The position numbers were made by a program, and so were the translations under genes. The notes beneath the pieces are model-generated. The model was given only the letters and a program-made list of their open reading frames with translations. It did no database searches and was not told the DNA's origin. From an uncultured Actinomycetes bacterium (lineage in GTDB: Bacteria; Actinomycetota; UBA4738; HRBIN12): 64,000 nt of DNA. How positions within the stretch are numbered: the first letter of the stretch is position 1; every line of letters begins with the position of its first letter. The stretch is taken from contig CAVQCI010000003.1 in the NCBI GenBank assembly GCA_963710985.1, positions 812,654-876,653 of the forward strand. Reading direction: 5' to 3'. Below, piece after piece: positions 36,378 through 46,451 of this stretch.

Positions 36378-37544
36378 GTGAACGTTCGCAGGGCCCTGTT
36401 CGTCGCGCTGTTTTCCACCGTGCTCGCGGCGTCGCTGCTGGCGCAGTCGGCTGTCGCCGTGGTCACGCCGGCCACCTATCGTCTCCAACTCGACGCGAAG
36501 CCGCCCAAGGGCGAGAACTGGGCCTTCCTGCGGTTCTTCCCCGCGTCGCTGACGGTGCACCAGGACGACATCGTGAACGCCGCGTGGGCCGGCGCCGCGG
36601 GTGCGCCGCACACGGCGACGATCGTCCCCGACGGCAACGCCAACGTCTGGCGCGAGGAGAACCAAGGCCCGGGCGGTCCGCAGGACCCGACGCAGTTCCC
36701 GTGGGCGCTGCAGGTGCCCGACCAGAGCGTGGGCGGCGACGACCAGCAGCTCGACGTGAACCCCGCGGTCGCGGCGCCGTCCAACCCGACCTGCGGCACG
36801 TCCGTGAACCCGTGCCCGTTCGACGGGACGGGGGTCCTCAACAGCGGTCTGCAGTTCTCGGCGCCCGGCGCACAGCCGAAGTTCTACGTGCAGGTGACGG
36901 CCGCCCCCGGCACCTACAGCTTCCTGTGCCTGTTGCACCCCGGGATGCAGATCGCGCTGAACGTCGTCTCGTCGGGCACGACGATCCCGACCCCGGCCGA
37001 CGTCAAGGCCAAGGCCGCCAAGCAGGTCACGCACGCGAGGACCGTGGACGCCGGCGTCGCCGACGACCTCGCGCAGACGGTCGTGCGGACCCCGGTGGGC
37101 AGCCACCATCGGGTCACGATGTGGGCCGGAGGGTTCTGGCGCCAGGTCTCTGCCGACGAGTTCCCCGACAAAACCGTGCACGTCCATGTCGGTGATCGCG
37201 TCCGGTTCCTGGGGAACTTCGAGATCCATACCGCGACGTTCCCGGCCACCGCAGCCTCGAGCGTCCCGTTCATCGTGACCCAGTGCGAGGTGCACGGACC
37301 CGACACCCCGGCCACGTCACCGGCGGACTGCACGAGCCCGACCGACTTCCAGATCGCGTTCAACGACAAGGCGCTGTCGCCGACGGCGAAGAACACCTTG
37401 TCGTCGCCGACCGCCTTCCGGAACTCGGGGCTGTTCGCGTGGAGGACGGCACGGTCGTTCGTGGCGGAGAAGCCCGGCCTGTACCACTTCGTGTGTCTGG
37501 TGCACGGGCCGTCGATGAGCGGCGCGATCCGCGTGCTGCCGTAG
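36378..37544 (+). CDS. Secreted two-domain blue-copper (cupredoxin) protein
   Basis: Signal peptide. Two type-1 Cu ligand sets: SFLCLLHPGMQIAL and YHFVCLVHGPSMSGAIRV. RBS GGGAGGG, GTG start. Confidence 0.75.
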   Translation: MNVRRALFVALFSTVLAASLLAQSAVAVVTPATYRLQLDAKPPKGENWAFLRFFPASLTVHQDDIVNAAWAGAAGAPHTATIVPDGNANVWREENQGPGGPQDPTQFPWALQVPDQSVGGDDQQLDVNPAVAAPSNPTCGTSVNPCPFDGTGVLNSGLQFSAPGAQPKFYVQVTAAPGTYSFLCLLHPGMQIALNVVSSGTTIPTPADVKAKAAKQVTHARTVDAGVADDLAQTVVRTPVGSHHRVTMWAGGFWRQVSADEFPDKTVHVHVGDRVRFLGNFEIHTATFPATAASSVPFIVTQCEVHGPDTPATSPADCTSPTDFQIAFNDKALSPTAKNTLSSPTAFRNSGLFAWRTARSFVAEKPGLYHFVCLVHGPSMSGAIRVLP

Positions 37545-37548
37545 CGAT

Positions 37549-38976
37549 CTACGCCGGTCGCTCGCGCCCGTCCTCGTCGGCGGGCGCGAGCGGCAGCGCG
37601 AACCCGAAGACGGCCCCGCCGCGTTTGCCGCTGCGCACCCAGACGCGGCCGCCCTGCGCCTCGACGAGCTCGCGGACGATCGCGAGACCGAGCCCGCTGC
37701 CGCCGTTGCCGCGGGTGCGGGCGTCGTCGACCCGGTAGAAGCGGTCGAACAGCCGCGGGAGGTGCTCGGCGGCGATCCCTGGGCCGTCGTCGGCCACGCT
37801 GACCTCCGCGAACGCCCCCTCGGTGCGCACCTCGACCGAGACGTGGCCTTGGGGCGGTGCGTGCTTGATCGCGTTGTCGACGAGGTTCCGCACCACCTGG
37901 CGGAGCCGGTCGGCGTCGCCGGTGACGGTCGCGTCCGCTGCGTCGGCGAGCGCGAGCCGCACCGAGCGCTGCTCGGCGAGCGGACACATCGTGGCGAGCA
38001 CGCCGCCGGCGAGCGCGGACAGCTCGACGGGCTCCGTCGCGAGCGGGAGCGCGCCCTCGTCCATCCGGGCGAGGACGAGCAGGTCCTCGACGATCGCGCG
38101 CATCCGGTCGGTCTCCTCACGCGCGCTCTCGAGCACCTCGCGCGCCTCGTCGGACAGGCGCTCCGTCGCGAGGCTCACGTCGATCTCGGCGCGCATCACG
38201 GCGAGCGGGGTCCGCAGCTCGTGCGAGGCGTTCGACACGAACGCGCGCTGCTGCTCCACCCCTCGCTGGAGCCGGTCGAGCATCGCGTTCAACGTGACGG
38301 CGAGCCGTCCGAGCTCGTCCATCGTGCCGGGCACCTCGACGCGGTCGCCGAGGCGTGAGGCGCCGATCGCGCCGGCCTCCGCGGTCATCGTGGCGACCGG
38401 GTGCAGCGCCGTGCGGGCGAGCCACCACCCACCGGCCGCGGCGAGGGCGACACCGATCGGGATCCCGATCAGCAGCAGCATCACCAGCCGGCTGATCGCG
38501 GCCTCGACCTCCTCGAGCGAGGTCGCGACGACCAGGGCCGACGTCGTCCCGTTCTCGGAGAACGGCGTCGCGTAGACGCGGTAGTCCTGGCCGCCGAGCG
38601 ACACGGTCCGCAGCGTGGTCGCCCCGCCGGCGGTCGCGGCGACGTCGGCCGCCGGCAGGATCGGCGATGCGGCGAGCGTGTTGCCGGCGCTCACCTGGAT
38701 CGTGCCGTCTGCCGCCACGAGCTGCGCGGCGGAGGCGTCGCGCGGCAAGCCCGCCAGCGAGACGTCGGTCACGTCGCGGAACTCGCTCTCGGAGCTCCCG
38801 GCGGTCGGCTTGTAGTCCGCGGCGATCTCGTGCGCGCTCGTCTGCAGCGTGCGGTCGAGCGTGCGCGTGAGGTCCGTGCGCAGGCTCAGCACGACGAAGG
38901 TGCCGGCCGCGGCGAGGATCACCGCGAGCAGCGTGGCGTACCAGATCGTGAGGCGGACGCGGATCGGCAGCGTCAC
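37549..38976 (-). CDS. Sensor histidine kinase (2 TM + HAMP + HisKA + HATPase_c)
   Basis: GTG start overlaps the RR stop (GTGA). FVSNASHELRTPLAVM H-box. NLVDNAIKHAP. DDGPGI. GGSGLGLAIVRELVEAQGG. Confidence 0.85.
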   Translation of the reverse strand: MTLPIRVRLTIWYATLLAVILAAAGTFVVLSLRTDLTRTLDRTLQTSAHEIAADYKPTAGSSESEFRDVTDVSLAGLPRDASAAQLVAADGTIQVSAGNTLAASPILPAADVAATAGGATTLRTVSLGGQDYRVYATPFSENGTTSALVVATSLEEVEAAISRLVMLLLIGIPIGVALAAAGGWWLARTALHPVATMTAEAGAIGASRLGDRVEVPGTMDELGRLAVTLNAMLDRLQRGVEQQRAFVSNASHELRTPLAVMRAEIDVSLATERLSDEAREVLESAREETDRMRAIVEDLLVLARMDEGALPLATEPVELSALAGGVLATMCPLAEQRSVRLALADAADATVTGDADRLRQVVRNLVDNAIKHAPPQGHVSVEVRTEGAFAEVSVADDGPGIAAEHLPRLFDRFYRVDDARTRGNGGSGLGLAIVRELVEAQGGRVWVRSGKRGGAVFGFALPLAPADEDGRERPA

Positions 38977-39647
38977 GACGGAGCCTCCAGGACGTAGCCG
39001 ACGCCGCGCAGGGTCCGGATCGTGGCGCCGGATCCGGCCGCCGTCAGCTTCCTGCGCACGTAGCCGACGTAGACGTCGACCACGTTGGAGACGCCCCCGT
39101 AGTTCACATCCCAGACGTGCTCGAGCAGCTGTGTGCGGGTCACGGCGTCGCCGGCATGACGCATCAGGAACTCGAGCAGCGCGAACTCCCGCGTCGACAG
39201 GTCCACGAGCCGCTCGCCGGTGCGCACGGCGTGCCCGGCGGGGTCGAGCGACAGGTCCCCCACGACGAGCACGGCCGGGCGCTCCACCGGGCCACGCCGG
39301 ATCAGCGCGCGGAGCCGCGCCGTCAGCTCCCCGAAGTCGAAGGGCTTGGGCAGATAGTCGTCGGCGCCGGCGTCCAGACCGCGGATCCGGTCGTCCACCG
39401 CGTCGCGTGCCGTGAGCATGAGGATCGGCGCCCAGCGCTCGCGCGTCCGCAGCACGCGACACACCTCGAACCCGTCGGCACCGGGCAGCATCACGTCCAG
39501 GACGATCGCGTCGTACGCGTACTCGGTGGCGAACGACAACGCATCCTCCGCGTCGGCGGCCGAGTCGACCGCGTAGCCCTCGTGCTCCAAGCCCTTGCGG
39601 ATCGCGCGGAGCATCTTCGGCTCGTCCTCGACCACCAGGATCTTCAT
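38973..39647 (-). CDS. OmpR-family two-component response regulator
   Basis: MKILVVEDEPKM..DAIVLDVMLPGADGFEV..LMLTAR. C-terminal IRTLRGVGYVL. Confidence 0.9.
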   Translation of the reverse strand: MKILVVEDEPKMLRAIRKGLEHEGYAVDSAADAEDALSFATEYAYDAIVLDVMLPGADGFEVCRVLRTRERWAPILMLTARDAVDDRIRGLDAGADDYLPKPFDFGELTARLRALIRRGPVERPAVLVVGDLSLDPAGHAVRTGERLVDLSTREFALLEFLMRHAGDAVTRTQLLEHVWDVNYGGVSNVVDVYVGYVRRKLTAAGSGATIRTLRGVGYVLEAPS

Positions 39648-39669
39648 GACACCCCGGAGTCTGGCACCC

Positions 39670-39690
39670 GTTCGATGAGGGTTCGATGAG
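39670..39690. promoter_or_regulatory. Tandem direct repeat GTTCGATGAG x2 (11-bp phasing) upstream of the response-regulator/kinase operon; candidate OmpR-type binding site
   Basis: gttcgatgagGgttcgatgag located 23-43 nt upstream of the RR start codon in the divergent intergenic region. Confidence 0.4.
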
Positions 39691-39800
39691 AGATCCCGCG
39701 AGGGTCTTCGTTTTCATCTTCCTCTCATCGCCCGGTCCCTACGGTGCACCCATCGAAGGCGCCGGACCGAGCCGGAGCCACGGAAGGGAAGGAGAAGGAG

Positions 39801-40124
39801 ATGCGCAAGATCACGAAGGTCGGGATGGCGAGCCTCCTGACGCTGGCCCTCGCGGGCGGCACGACGGCGGCCTTCGCGGGCACCGACGCGGGGTCGAACC
39901 AGAGCACCGGCACCAAGACCGAGGTGAGCCGCGACAAGGCACGCGAGCACTCGGCGACCGAGCGCCGGCACGACTCGACGAAGGACCGCGCCGCGGACCG
40001 CAGCGGCAAGGACACGGTCAAGGAGTCGTGGGACAGCTCCACCAAGGACTCCTCGAAGGACGGGACGAAGGACGGGACGAAGGACGGTTCGGGCACCACC
40101 TCGCCCGACCTGAGCAAGAACTGA
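39801..40124 (+). CDS. Small secreted low-complexity (Lys/Asp/Thr/Ser-rich) protein
   Basis: Strong RBS GGAAGGAGAAGGAG. Signal peptide MRKITKVGMASLLTLALAGGTTAAFA. Repetitive KDxxKDGTKDGTKDGSG. Confidence 0.6.
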   Translation: MRKITKVGMASLLTLALAGGTTAAFAGTDAGSNQSTGTKTEVSRDKAREHSATERRHDSTKDRAADRSGKDTVKESWDSSTKDSSKDGTKDGTKDGSGTTSPDLSKN

Positions 40125-40145
40125 TCCCGGTCCGCGAGCCGGGTC

Positions 40146-40175
40146 AGAAGGAGCCCCCGAAAGGGGGCCCCTTCT
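40146..40175. terminator. Bidirectional intrinsic terminator hairpin between convergent genes
   Basis: AGAAGGAGCCCCC-gaaa-GGGGGCCCCTTCT, 13-bp stem with one mismatch. Confidence 0.6.
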
Positions 40176-40188
40176 GCATGGCCCGTCC

Positions 40189-41505
40189 TCAGTGACGGGG
40201 CGGCGCGGTATAGAGGTGGCAGGCCACCTCGGCCTCGTCCACCTGCTGCAACCGCGGCTCCTCCGGCTCGTGGAAGCGGACCGCGACGTGGCCGTCCTCG
40301 GCGGTCATCGAGTCCACGCCGCGCCACAGCGGCTCGTTCGGGTCTTCCTCGCGCATCCGTTCCAGGAGGTGCAGGACCGCCTCGCTCCGCCGGCCCTTGC
40401 CGGCCGGCACCTTCGCGTCGGCGCTCGGCACCTCCATCGCCTCGAGGTTCCCGACGATCTCGCGTTCCTGCTCGAACTGGGTCTCCGAGATCCGCGTCCA
40501 GCGGGCTTCCAGGAGGTCGCGGAGGTCGCGGCTCTCCCAGCCACAGATCTCGAACGCCTTCGGGCAGCGCGGGTGGAACGAGCACCCGAGCGGCGGGTTG
40601 ACGGCGTCGGGTACCTCCCCGCGCGGCAGGTCGCGCGGCACCTGACGGTCGGGGTCAGGATCGGGGATCGCCTGCAGGAGCGAGACGGTGTACGGGTGCT
40701 TCGGGCTCGCGAAGATCGCCTCGGTCGGTCCCGTCTCGACGATCCGCCCCAGGTACATGATCGCGATCCGATCGCAGAAGAACTTCGCGGTCGCGAGGTC
40801 GTGGGTGATGTAGAGGTAGGTGAGGTCGAGCTCCTCCTTGAGCTCGAGCATCAGTTCGAGGATCTTGGCCCGCACGCTCATGTCGAGCATCGACACCGGC
40901 TCGTCGGCGACCAGCAGGTCAGGGTTGAGGATGATCGCTCGCGCCAGCACCGCGCGCTGCTTCTGGCCGCCGGATAGGTCGCTCGGGTATTTGCCCATGA
41001 ACTGCTCGACCGGGGTGAGCCCGACCCTGGTGAGGGCGCTGGCCACCGCTGCGCGGAGCGCCGCCTCGTTGGTCGCCACGCCGTGGATCTTGAGGGGGTG
41101 CCCGATCGCCGTGTAGAGGTCCATCGCCGGGTTCAGCGACGCGTGGGGGTCCTGGAACACCATCTGCATCCGCCGGCGGTAGGGACGGAACTCCGACTCG
41201 GAGACCGTGGTGAGGTCGCGCCCCTCGAGCAGGATCTGTCCTGAGGTCGGCGCGACCAGACGCAGGATCGAGCGCCCGAGCGTGGTCTTGCCACTCCCCG
41301 ACTCGCCGACGAGCCCGAGCACCTCGCCGCGGTGCAGCTCGATCGAAACGCCGTCGACCGCCTTGACCGACCCGGCGTCGTGGCCGAACAGGCGCTGCGA
41401 GAACGTCCCGCGCAGCGGGAAGTACGTCTGCAGGTCGCGGATCTCGAGCAACGGCGGTTCTTGCGGACCCGCGACCACGCCGCCGGCCTCAGGCCTCTTC
41501 AGCAA
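40189..41505 (-). CDS. Oligopeptide/dipeptide ABC transporter ATP-binding protein (OppF/DppF-like) with long C-terminal extension
   Basis: Walker A GESGSGKTT. LSGGQKQRAVLARAI. DEPVSMLD. Oligo_HPY-type C-terminal KHPYTVSLL..CSFHPRCP. Confidence 0.9.
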   Translation of the reverse strand: MLKRPEAGGVVAGPQEPPLLEIRDLQTYFPLRGTFSQRLFGHDAGSVKAVDGVSIELHRGEVLGLVGESGSGKTTLGRSILRLVAPTSGQILLEGRDLTTVSESEFRPYRRRMQMVFQDPHASLNPAMDLYTAIGHPLKIHGVATNEAALRAAVASALTRVGLTPVEQFMGKYPSDLSGGQKQRAVLARAIILNPDLLVADEPVSMLDMSVRAKILELMLELKEELDLTYLYITHDLATAKFFCDRIAIMYLGRIVETGPTEAIFASPKHPYTVSLLQAIPDPDPDRQVPRDLPRGEVPDAVNPPLGCSFHPRCPKAFEICGWESRDLRDLLEARWTRISETQFEQEREIVGNLEAMEVPSADAKVPAGKGRRSEAVLHLLERMREEDPNEPLWRGVDSMTAEDGHVAVRFHEPEEPRLQQVDEAEVACHLYTAPPRH

Positions 41506-42514
41506 CGGCGATCTCCTGTCTCTCGAGCGGCTCGCGTCCTCCAGGAGGGATCCGCGAGGACGGTCCGTGCAGCCAGCACTCCACGCGCTGCCCCGTCTCC
41601 GTCTCGCGCGGCACCGGGTCGAGCGTCGCGCACACCTGCATCGCGTCGGGGCAGCGCGGGTGGAAGTGACAGCCGCTCGGCGGCTCGGTCAGGTCGGGGG
41701 GCGCGCCGGGGATGTACTGCAGCCCCGTGGTCGACAGCGAGATGATCGAACGGAGCAGCTCCCGCGTGTACGGGTGGGCGGGCGTGCGGAACACGTCGTG
41801 GGACCTGCCCTCCTCGACGATCTTGCCCGCGTACATCACCGCGACCCGGTCGCACGCTTCGGCCACGATCCCGAGGTTGTGCGTGACGAGCAGCAGCGCC
41901 GTGTCGAAGTTCCGCTTCAGGTCCGCGAGGATCGACAGGATCTGCGCCTCGACGAGGACGTCAAGCGCCGTGGTGGGCTCGTCGGCGATCACCACCTTGG
42001 GACGCAAGACGAGCGCAAGCGCGATCATGATCCGCTGGCGCATCCCGCCGGAGAACTCGTGGGGGTACTGGCGGAACCGGGTCGGCGGGATCCCCATCCC
42101 CGCGAGCGCTTCCAGCGACCGCCTGCGGATCTCCCGGTCATCGAGGTCCGGCTCATGGGTCTTCAGCATCTCGGCGAAGTGGTCCTCGATCCGCATCAAC
42201 GGGTCGAGGCGGGTCATCGGCTCCTGGAAGATCATGCCGATCTCAGGCCCGCGGAGCTCGCGCAGCTTGCGGGGCGGGACGCCCACGAGGTTCCGTCCGT
42301 TGAACACGACCTCGCCGTCCATCACGGCCCCTTCGGGGAGCAGGCCTATCAACCCCCGGCCGAGGGTGGACTTCCCACAGCCGGACTCGCCGACCAGCCC
42401 GAGCGTCTCGCCGGCCTGCAGGTCGAACGACACGCCGTCGACCGCGCGGACGGGGCCGCGCGTCGTCCCGTACCAAACGCGCAGGTCGCGCACCTCGAGC
42501 ACGCGCTCGCTCAC
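41489..42514 (-). CDS. Oligopeptide/dipeptide ABC transporter ATP-binding protein (OppD/DppD-like)
   Basis: RBS GGAGGAGG then GTG. GESGCGKST. FSGGMRQRIMIALAL. ADEPTTALD. AHPYTRELL..CHFHPRCP. C-terminal part of artefactual ORF 41489..43435. Confidence 0.9.
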   Translation of the reverse strand: MSERVLEVRDLRVWYGTTRGPVRAVDGVSFDLQAGETLGLVGESGCGKSTLGRGLIGLLPEGAVMDGEVVFNGRNLVGVPPRKLRELRGPEIGMIFQEPMTRLDPLMRIEDHFAEMLKTHEPDLDDREIRRRSLEALAGMGIPPTRFRQYPHEFSGGMRQRIMIALALVLRPKVVIADEPTTALDVLVEAQILSILADLKRNFDTALLLVTHNLGIVAEACDRVAVMYAGKIVEEGRSHDVFRTPAHPYTRELLRSIISLSTTGLQYIPGAPPDLTEPPSGCHFHPRCPDAMQVCATLDPVPRETETGQRVECWLHGPSSRIPPGGREPLERQEIAVAEEA

Positions 42515-43530
42515 GTCTCCGCCTCCTCCGCGCGCTCTCGCGGCGGCAGGGTCACCTTGCGGATCGGTCGTTTGCGGATCACGGGGTTCAGCACGTCGTT
42601 CAGCCCCTCGCCGACCAGGGTGAGGCCGGTCACGAGCAGGACGATCGCGAGCCCGGGGAACAGCCCGGTCCACCAGATCCCCGCGCCGGCGTCGGAGATC
42701 GCGCGCTGGATGTCGTAGCCCCACTCCGCGGCCTCGGTCGGCTGGATCCCGTAACCGAGGAACCCGAGCGCGGCCAGCGTGAGGATGGCGTCGGCCGCGT
42801 TCAGCGTGGCGATGATCGGCACGTTCTGGATCACGTTCTGCAGCACGTACTTGCGCATCACCACGTTCGGCTTCGCGCCGAGCGCCCGCGCGGCCTCGAC
42901 GTAGGGCTCCTCGCGAACGCTGATCACGTGGTTGCGCACCACGCGGAAGTACTGGGGGATGTACACGATCGAGATCGCGAGCGCGGCGGTGATCACGCCC
43001 CTGCCGAACGTCTGGGACAGCAGGAACGCGATCACGATCGCGAACAGGAGCGAGGGGAACGCGAGCAGGGCGTCCATGAAGACCAGGACGACCCGGTCGA
43101 ACCGCCCGCCGCGATAGCCTGCGATCAACCCCAGCGGAAGCCCGATCGCCATCGACACGAACAGCGACAGGACGACGACCTCGATCGCGGTTCGCGCCCC
43201 GAACACGACGCGCGAGAGCACGTCGGTCGACATCACGTTCGTGCCGAACAGGTGCGCGGCCGAGGGCGCCTGCTGCTTGACGAACCGCACACCGTCGGCC
43301 GTCTGGTACTGGTCGAAGCCGTACGGGGCGATCAGGGGCGCGAAGATCGCGAGGATCACGAAGAGCACCGTGATCCCGATCCCGACCCAGACGATCACGC
43401 GCGGCAGGCCACGCGCCTCGCCCATCGGCGCCCACATCCGGCGCAGCGTCCCCGCGCGCCGCGGCAAGGCGGTCGTTGCGGCCGCCCGCTCCTTCAGCGG
43501 TTCGGTGGGCACGTCGAACCCGGCGGCCAT
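42511..43530 (-). CDS. Peptide ABC transporter permease (OppC/DppC-like)
   Basis: 6 TM. BPD_transp_1 signature EAARALGAKPNVVMRKYVLQNV. Confidence 0.9.
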   Translation of the reverse strand: MAAGFDVPTEPLKERAAATTALPRRAGTLRRMWAPMGEARGLPRVIVWVGIGITVLFVILAIFAPLIAPYGFDQYQTADGVRFVKQQAPSAAHLFGTNVMSTDVLSRVVFGARTAIEVVVLSLFVSMAIGLPLGLIAGYRGGRFDRVVLVFMDALLAFPSLLFAIVIAFLLSQTFGRGVITAALAISIVYIPQYFRVVRNHVISVREEPYVEAARALGAKPNVVMRKYVLQNVIQNVPIIATLNAADAILTLAALGFLGYGIQPTEAAEWGYDIQRAISDAGAGIWWTGLFPGLAIVLLVTGLTLVGEGLNDVLNPVIRKRPIRKVTLPPRERAEEAET

Positions 43531-44555
43531 CAGTACCGGATCCTCGGGTCGACCCAGGCGTTCAAGATGTCGATCAGCAGGCTCACGATCACGACGACGA
43601 TCCCGGTGAACACGATGATCCCCTGCACCGCGATGTAGTCGCGGTTGTTCAGGTACCGCACCAGCTCCGAGCCGATCCCCGGCCAGTTGAACGTCTGCTC
43701 GGTGAGGACGGCGCCGCCGAGGAGCACGGCGAACTCGAGGCCCATCACCGTGATCACGGGCACGAGCGCGTTCTTGAACGCGTGCCGGTACACGACGTTG
43801 TGCTCGCCGATCCCGCGCGCCCGCGCCGCCTCGACGTAGTCGCCCTTCAGCGTCTGCAGCAGGTTCACGCGGACGAGGCGGATGAACACGCCGCCGATCA
43901 CGAGGCCCAGGACCATCGCCGGCATGATCAGGTGCAGGAGCACGTCCTTCAGCGCCGACCAGTTACGATCGATGATCGAGTCGACCACGAACAGGTTCGT
44001 GTGCGTGTGCAGCTCGTAGGTCACGATCGGGCTGGCGCGCCCCGAGGTCGGGAGCCATCCGAGCCACTTCCCGAACGTCAGCTGGGCCAAGAACCCGAGG
44101 AAGAACACCGGCGCGGCGTACAGCACGATGCCGAACAGCCTGCCGCCGAGGTCCAAGGGTGTATCTCGGAACCTCCCCGCGACCAGGCCGATCCCCACCC
44201 CGGAGACCATCGCCACGATCATCGCGAAGAACGTGAGCTCCAGCGTGGCGGCGCCGTTCTGCACGATCACCTCGGTGAGCGGCCGGTGATCGACGATCGT
44301 CTCGCCGAAGTTCAAGGTGACGACGTCCTTCAGGTAGTCGGCGTACTGCACGATCAACGGCCGGTCGTAGCCGGCCTCGTGCCGGCGGCGCTGGAGCTCC
44401 TCCTGCGAGACGCGCCCACCGAGCGCGGCGCTGATCGGATCGCCCGGGGCCACCCGCATCAGCAGGAAGACGACCGTGAGGAGGATCCACAGCATCGGGA
44501 TCGCGAGCAGCAGCCTCGTGATGACGTAGCGGCGCAGCGATCCGGACTGCTTCAT
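43530..44555 (-). CDS. Peptide ABC transporter permease (OppB/DppB-like)
   Basis: RYVITRLLLAIPMLWILLTVVFLLMRVAPGDP..DYVEAARARGIGEHNVVYRHAFKNA. Start/stop abutting oppC. Confidence 0.9.
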   Translation of the reverse strand: MKQSGSLRRYVITRLLLAIPMLWILLTVVFLLMRVAPGDPISAALGGRVSQEELQRRRHEAGYDRPLIVQYADYLKDVVTLNFGETIVDHRPLTEVIVQNGAATLELTFFAMIVAMVSGVGIGLVAGRFRDTPLDLGGRLFGIVLYAAPVFFLGFLAQLTFGKWLGWLPTSGRASPIVTYELHTHTNLFVVDSIIDRNWSALKDVLLHLIMPAMVLGLVIGGVFIRLVRVNLLQTLKGDYVEAARARGIGEHNVVYRHAFKNALVPVITVMGLEFAVLLGGAVLTEQTFNWPGIGSELVRYLNNRDYIAVQGIIVFTGIVVVIVSLLIDILNAWVDPRIRY

Positions 44556-44628
44556 CGTTCGCTCGGGTTCCGTTCGACGGCGGGCGCGAGACCCCGGAGG
44601 ATCCCGCGCCCGCCCAACCGCCTCAGGT

Positions 44629-46236
44629 TCAAGAGGTCTTGGAGATGATCCAGTAACGGAAGATATACGCGACGTCGAGCGTGTCCTGCACGCCCGTCAC
44701 GTTCGTCTGCGTGACGGCCAGCTGCTGCGCCTCCCAGATCGGCACGATCGGCACGTCCTGCGCTCCGATCCGCTGGATCTCGGCGTAGTCCTTCTCGCGC
44801 TGGGCCTGATCGGTCGTGGCCCGCTCGTCGGCGAGCAGCTTCTCCACCTTCGGGTTGACGTAGTGGTCGTTCAGGAACGAGCTCTTCGAGTAGAAGGTGA
44901 AGACGTAGTTGTCGCCGTCCGGGTAGTCCGGGAACCAGCCGAGCTGGTACACGGGGTACTCGTCCGTGAAGGCCGCGGTCGTGTACGCGTCCCATTCCGT
45001 GGACTTCAGCGTGACGTCGAACAGACCGCTTCCCTCGAGCGCGCGCTGGATCTCCGCGTACTCGTCGGCGGAGGAGTCGCCGTAGTGCGTCGGTGTCCAC
45101 CAGATCTCGATCGGGACCGGCGTCGTGATGCCGGCGTCGGCCAGCACCTTCTTCGCACCTTCCACGTCGGGCGCGTCCCCGTAGACCTCCTTGAACGCGT
45201 CCACGTGACCCGCGAACGCCGAGGGCATCATCGACCACAGCGCCGACACCGTCCCGTTGTAGACGTTGTCGACGATCGCCTGACGGTCGACCGTCATCGC
45301 CACGGCCTTGCGTACGGCGAGGTCCTTGCCTGGCGGCAACGAGGTGTTGAACACGAGGTACCGGATCTCTGCACCCGGACCCGTCAGCACCTTCAGGTTC
45401 GATTCGCTGCGCATCGCCTCGACGTCGGTGGGGGTGAACGTCCGCCAGCCCACGTCCACCTCGCCCTGCTCGAGCGCCAGCTTCAGGGCCGAGGACTTGT
45501 CGAAGTACTGGACGATCACACGCGCGTTGGCCGGTGGGTCGCCCCAGTAGCTCGGGTTGGCCTCGAGGACGACCTGCTCGCCGGGTCGGTACTGCGCCAG
45601 CGTGTAGTGCCCGGAGCCGATGATCTGATCGTCCGCCAAGAGCTTCGTCTCCGGGAACACCTCGGACGGCACGACGAAGGCCGCGCTCGTCGTGAGGACG
45701 AACGGCCACGTCGCGTCGGGGTTACGAAGGTGGAAGACGACCGTGGTGTCGTCCGGCGTGTCGACCGCCTTCGGGTTCCACTTCCCGCAATCGGCGATCG
45801 CGACCAGCAGGCTGCATGCCCCGTTCGGGTCGTCGATCTCGATGTTGCGTTGCAGCGAGTACTCGACGTCCTGCGACGTCAGGGCCGACCCGTCGCTGAA
45901 CGTCACGCCGCTGCGCAGCGTGCACGTGTAGGTGGTCGGGTCCGAGTACGAGCACTCGGACGCCAACCCCGGCTCCGGCGTGTTCCCCTGCGGGGGGATC
46001 TGCATGAGCGTGTCGTAGACCTGGTAGCTGATCTGGGCCGAGCCGAGGTCGTATTGCCCGGCCGGGTCGAGCGACACGATCGAGTCGGTCGTGCCGTGGA
46101 TGATCGTGACGTCGCTCGGCGCGGCGCTCGAACCAGAGCCCCCTGCGCCGCTCGACGTGCTGCTCCCACCACCACAGGCGGCCAGGAGCAGCGCGAGGGC
46201 CACCCCTCCCGCGATCGTGCGTCGTCGTTGGTTCAC
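44629..46236 (-). CDS. ABC transporter substrate-binding lipoprotein, family 5 (peptide/nickel)
   Basis: RBS GGAGAGGGGG then GTG. Lipobox LLAACGG. SBP_bac_5-like body. C-terminal part of artefactual ORF 44629..46521. Confidence 0.9.
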   Translation of the reverse strand: MNQRRRTIAGGVALALLLAACGGGSSTSSGAGGSGSSAAPSDVTIIHGTTDSIVSLDPAGQYDLGSAQISYQVYDTLMQIPPQGNTPEPGLASECSYSDPTTYTCTLRSGVTFSDGSALTSQDVEYSLQRNIEIDDPNGACSLLVAIADCGKWNPKAVDTPDDTTVVFHLRNPDATWPFVLTTSAAFVVPSEVFPETKLLADDQIIGSGHYTLAQYRPGEQVVLEANPSYWGDPPANARVIVQYFDKSSALKLALEQGEVDVGWRTFTPTDVEAMRSESNLKVLTGPGAEIRYLVFNTSLPPGKDLAVRKAVAMTVDRQAIVDNVYNGTVSALWSMMPSAFAGHVDAFKEVYGDAPDVEGAKKVLADAGITTPVPIEIWWTPTHYGDSSADEYAEIQRALEGSGLFDVTLKSTEWDAYTTAAFTDEYPVYQLGWFPDYPDGDNYVFTFYSKSSFLNDHYVNPKVEKLLADERATTDQAQREKDYAEIQRIGAQDVPIVPIWEAQQLAVTQTNVTGVQDTLDVAYIFRYWIISKTS

Positions 46237-46451
46237 CGCAACCCCCTCTCCGGAGACCCCCATCGGCCAACCGGTCGCGTCCGACGAAGCCCTCTCCTTG
46301 TTGATACGCAGATCCACCGGCGCGGGGCCCGCCGCGAGGCATGCAGTCATGCCACCCGAGGCAGACCCTGCGCGGCCCCCACACGCTGGCACCTGACCCG
46401 GGTAGCTCCCAGGGGCAACCGACCTCCGCGGCGCGGGACCGGCGAGATCCC

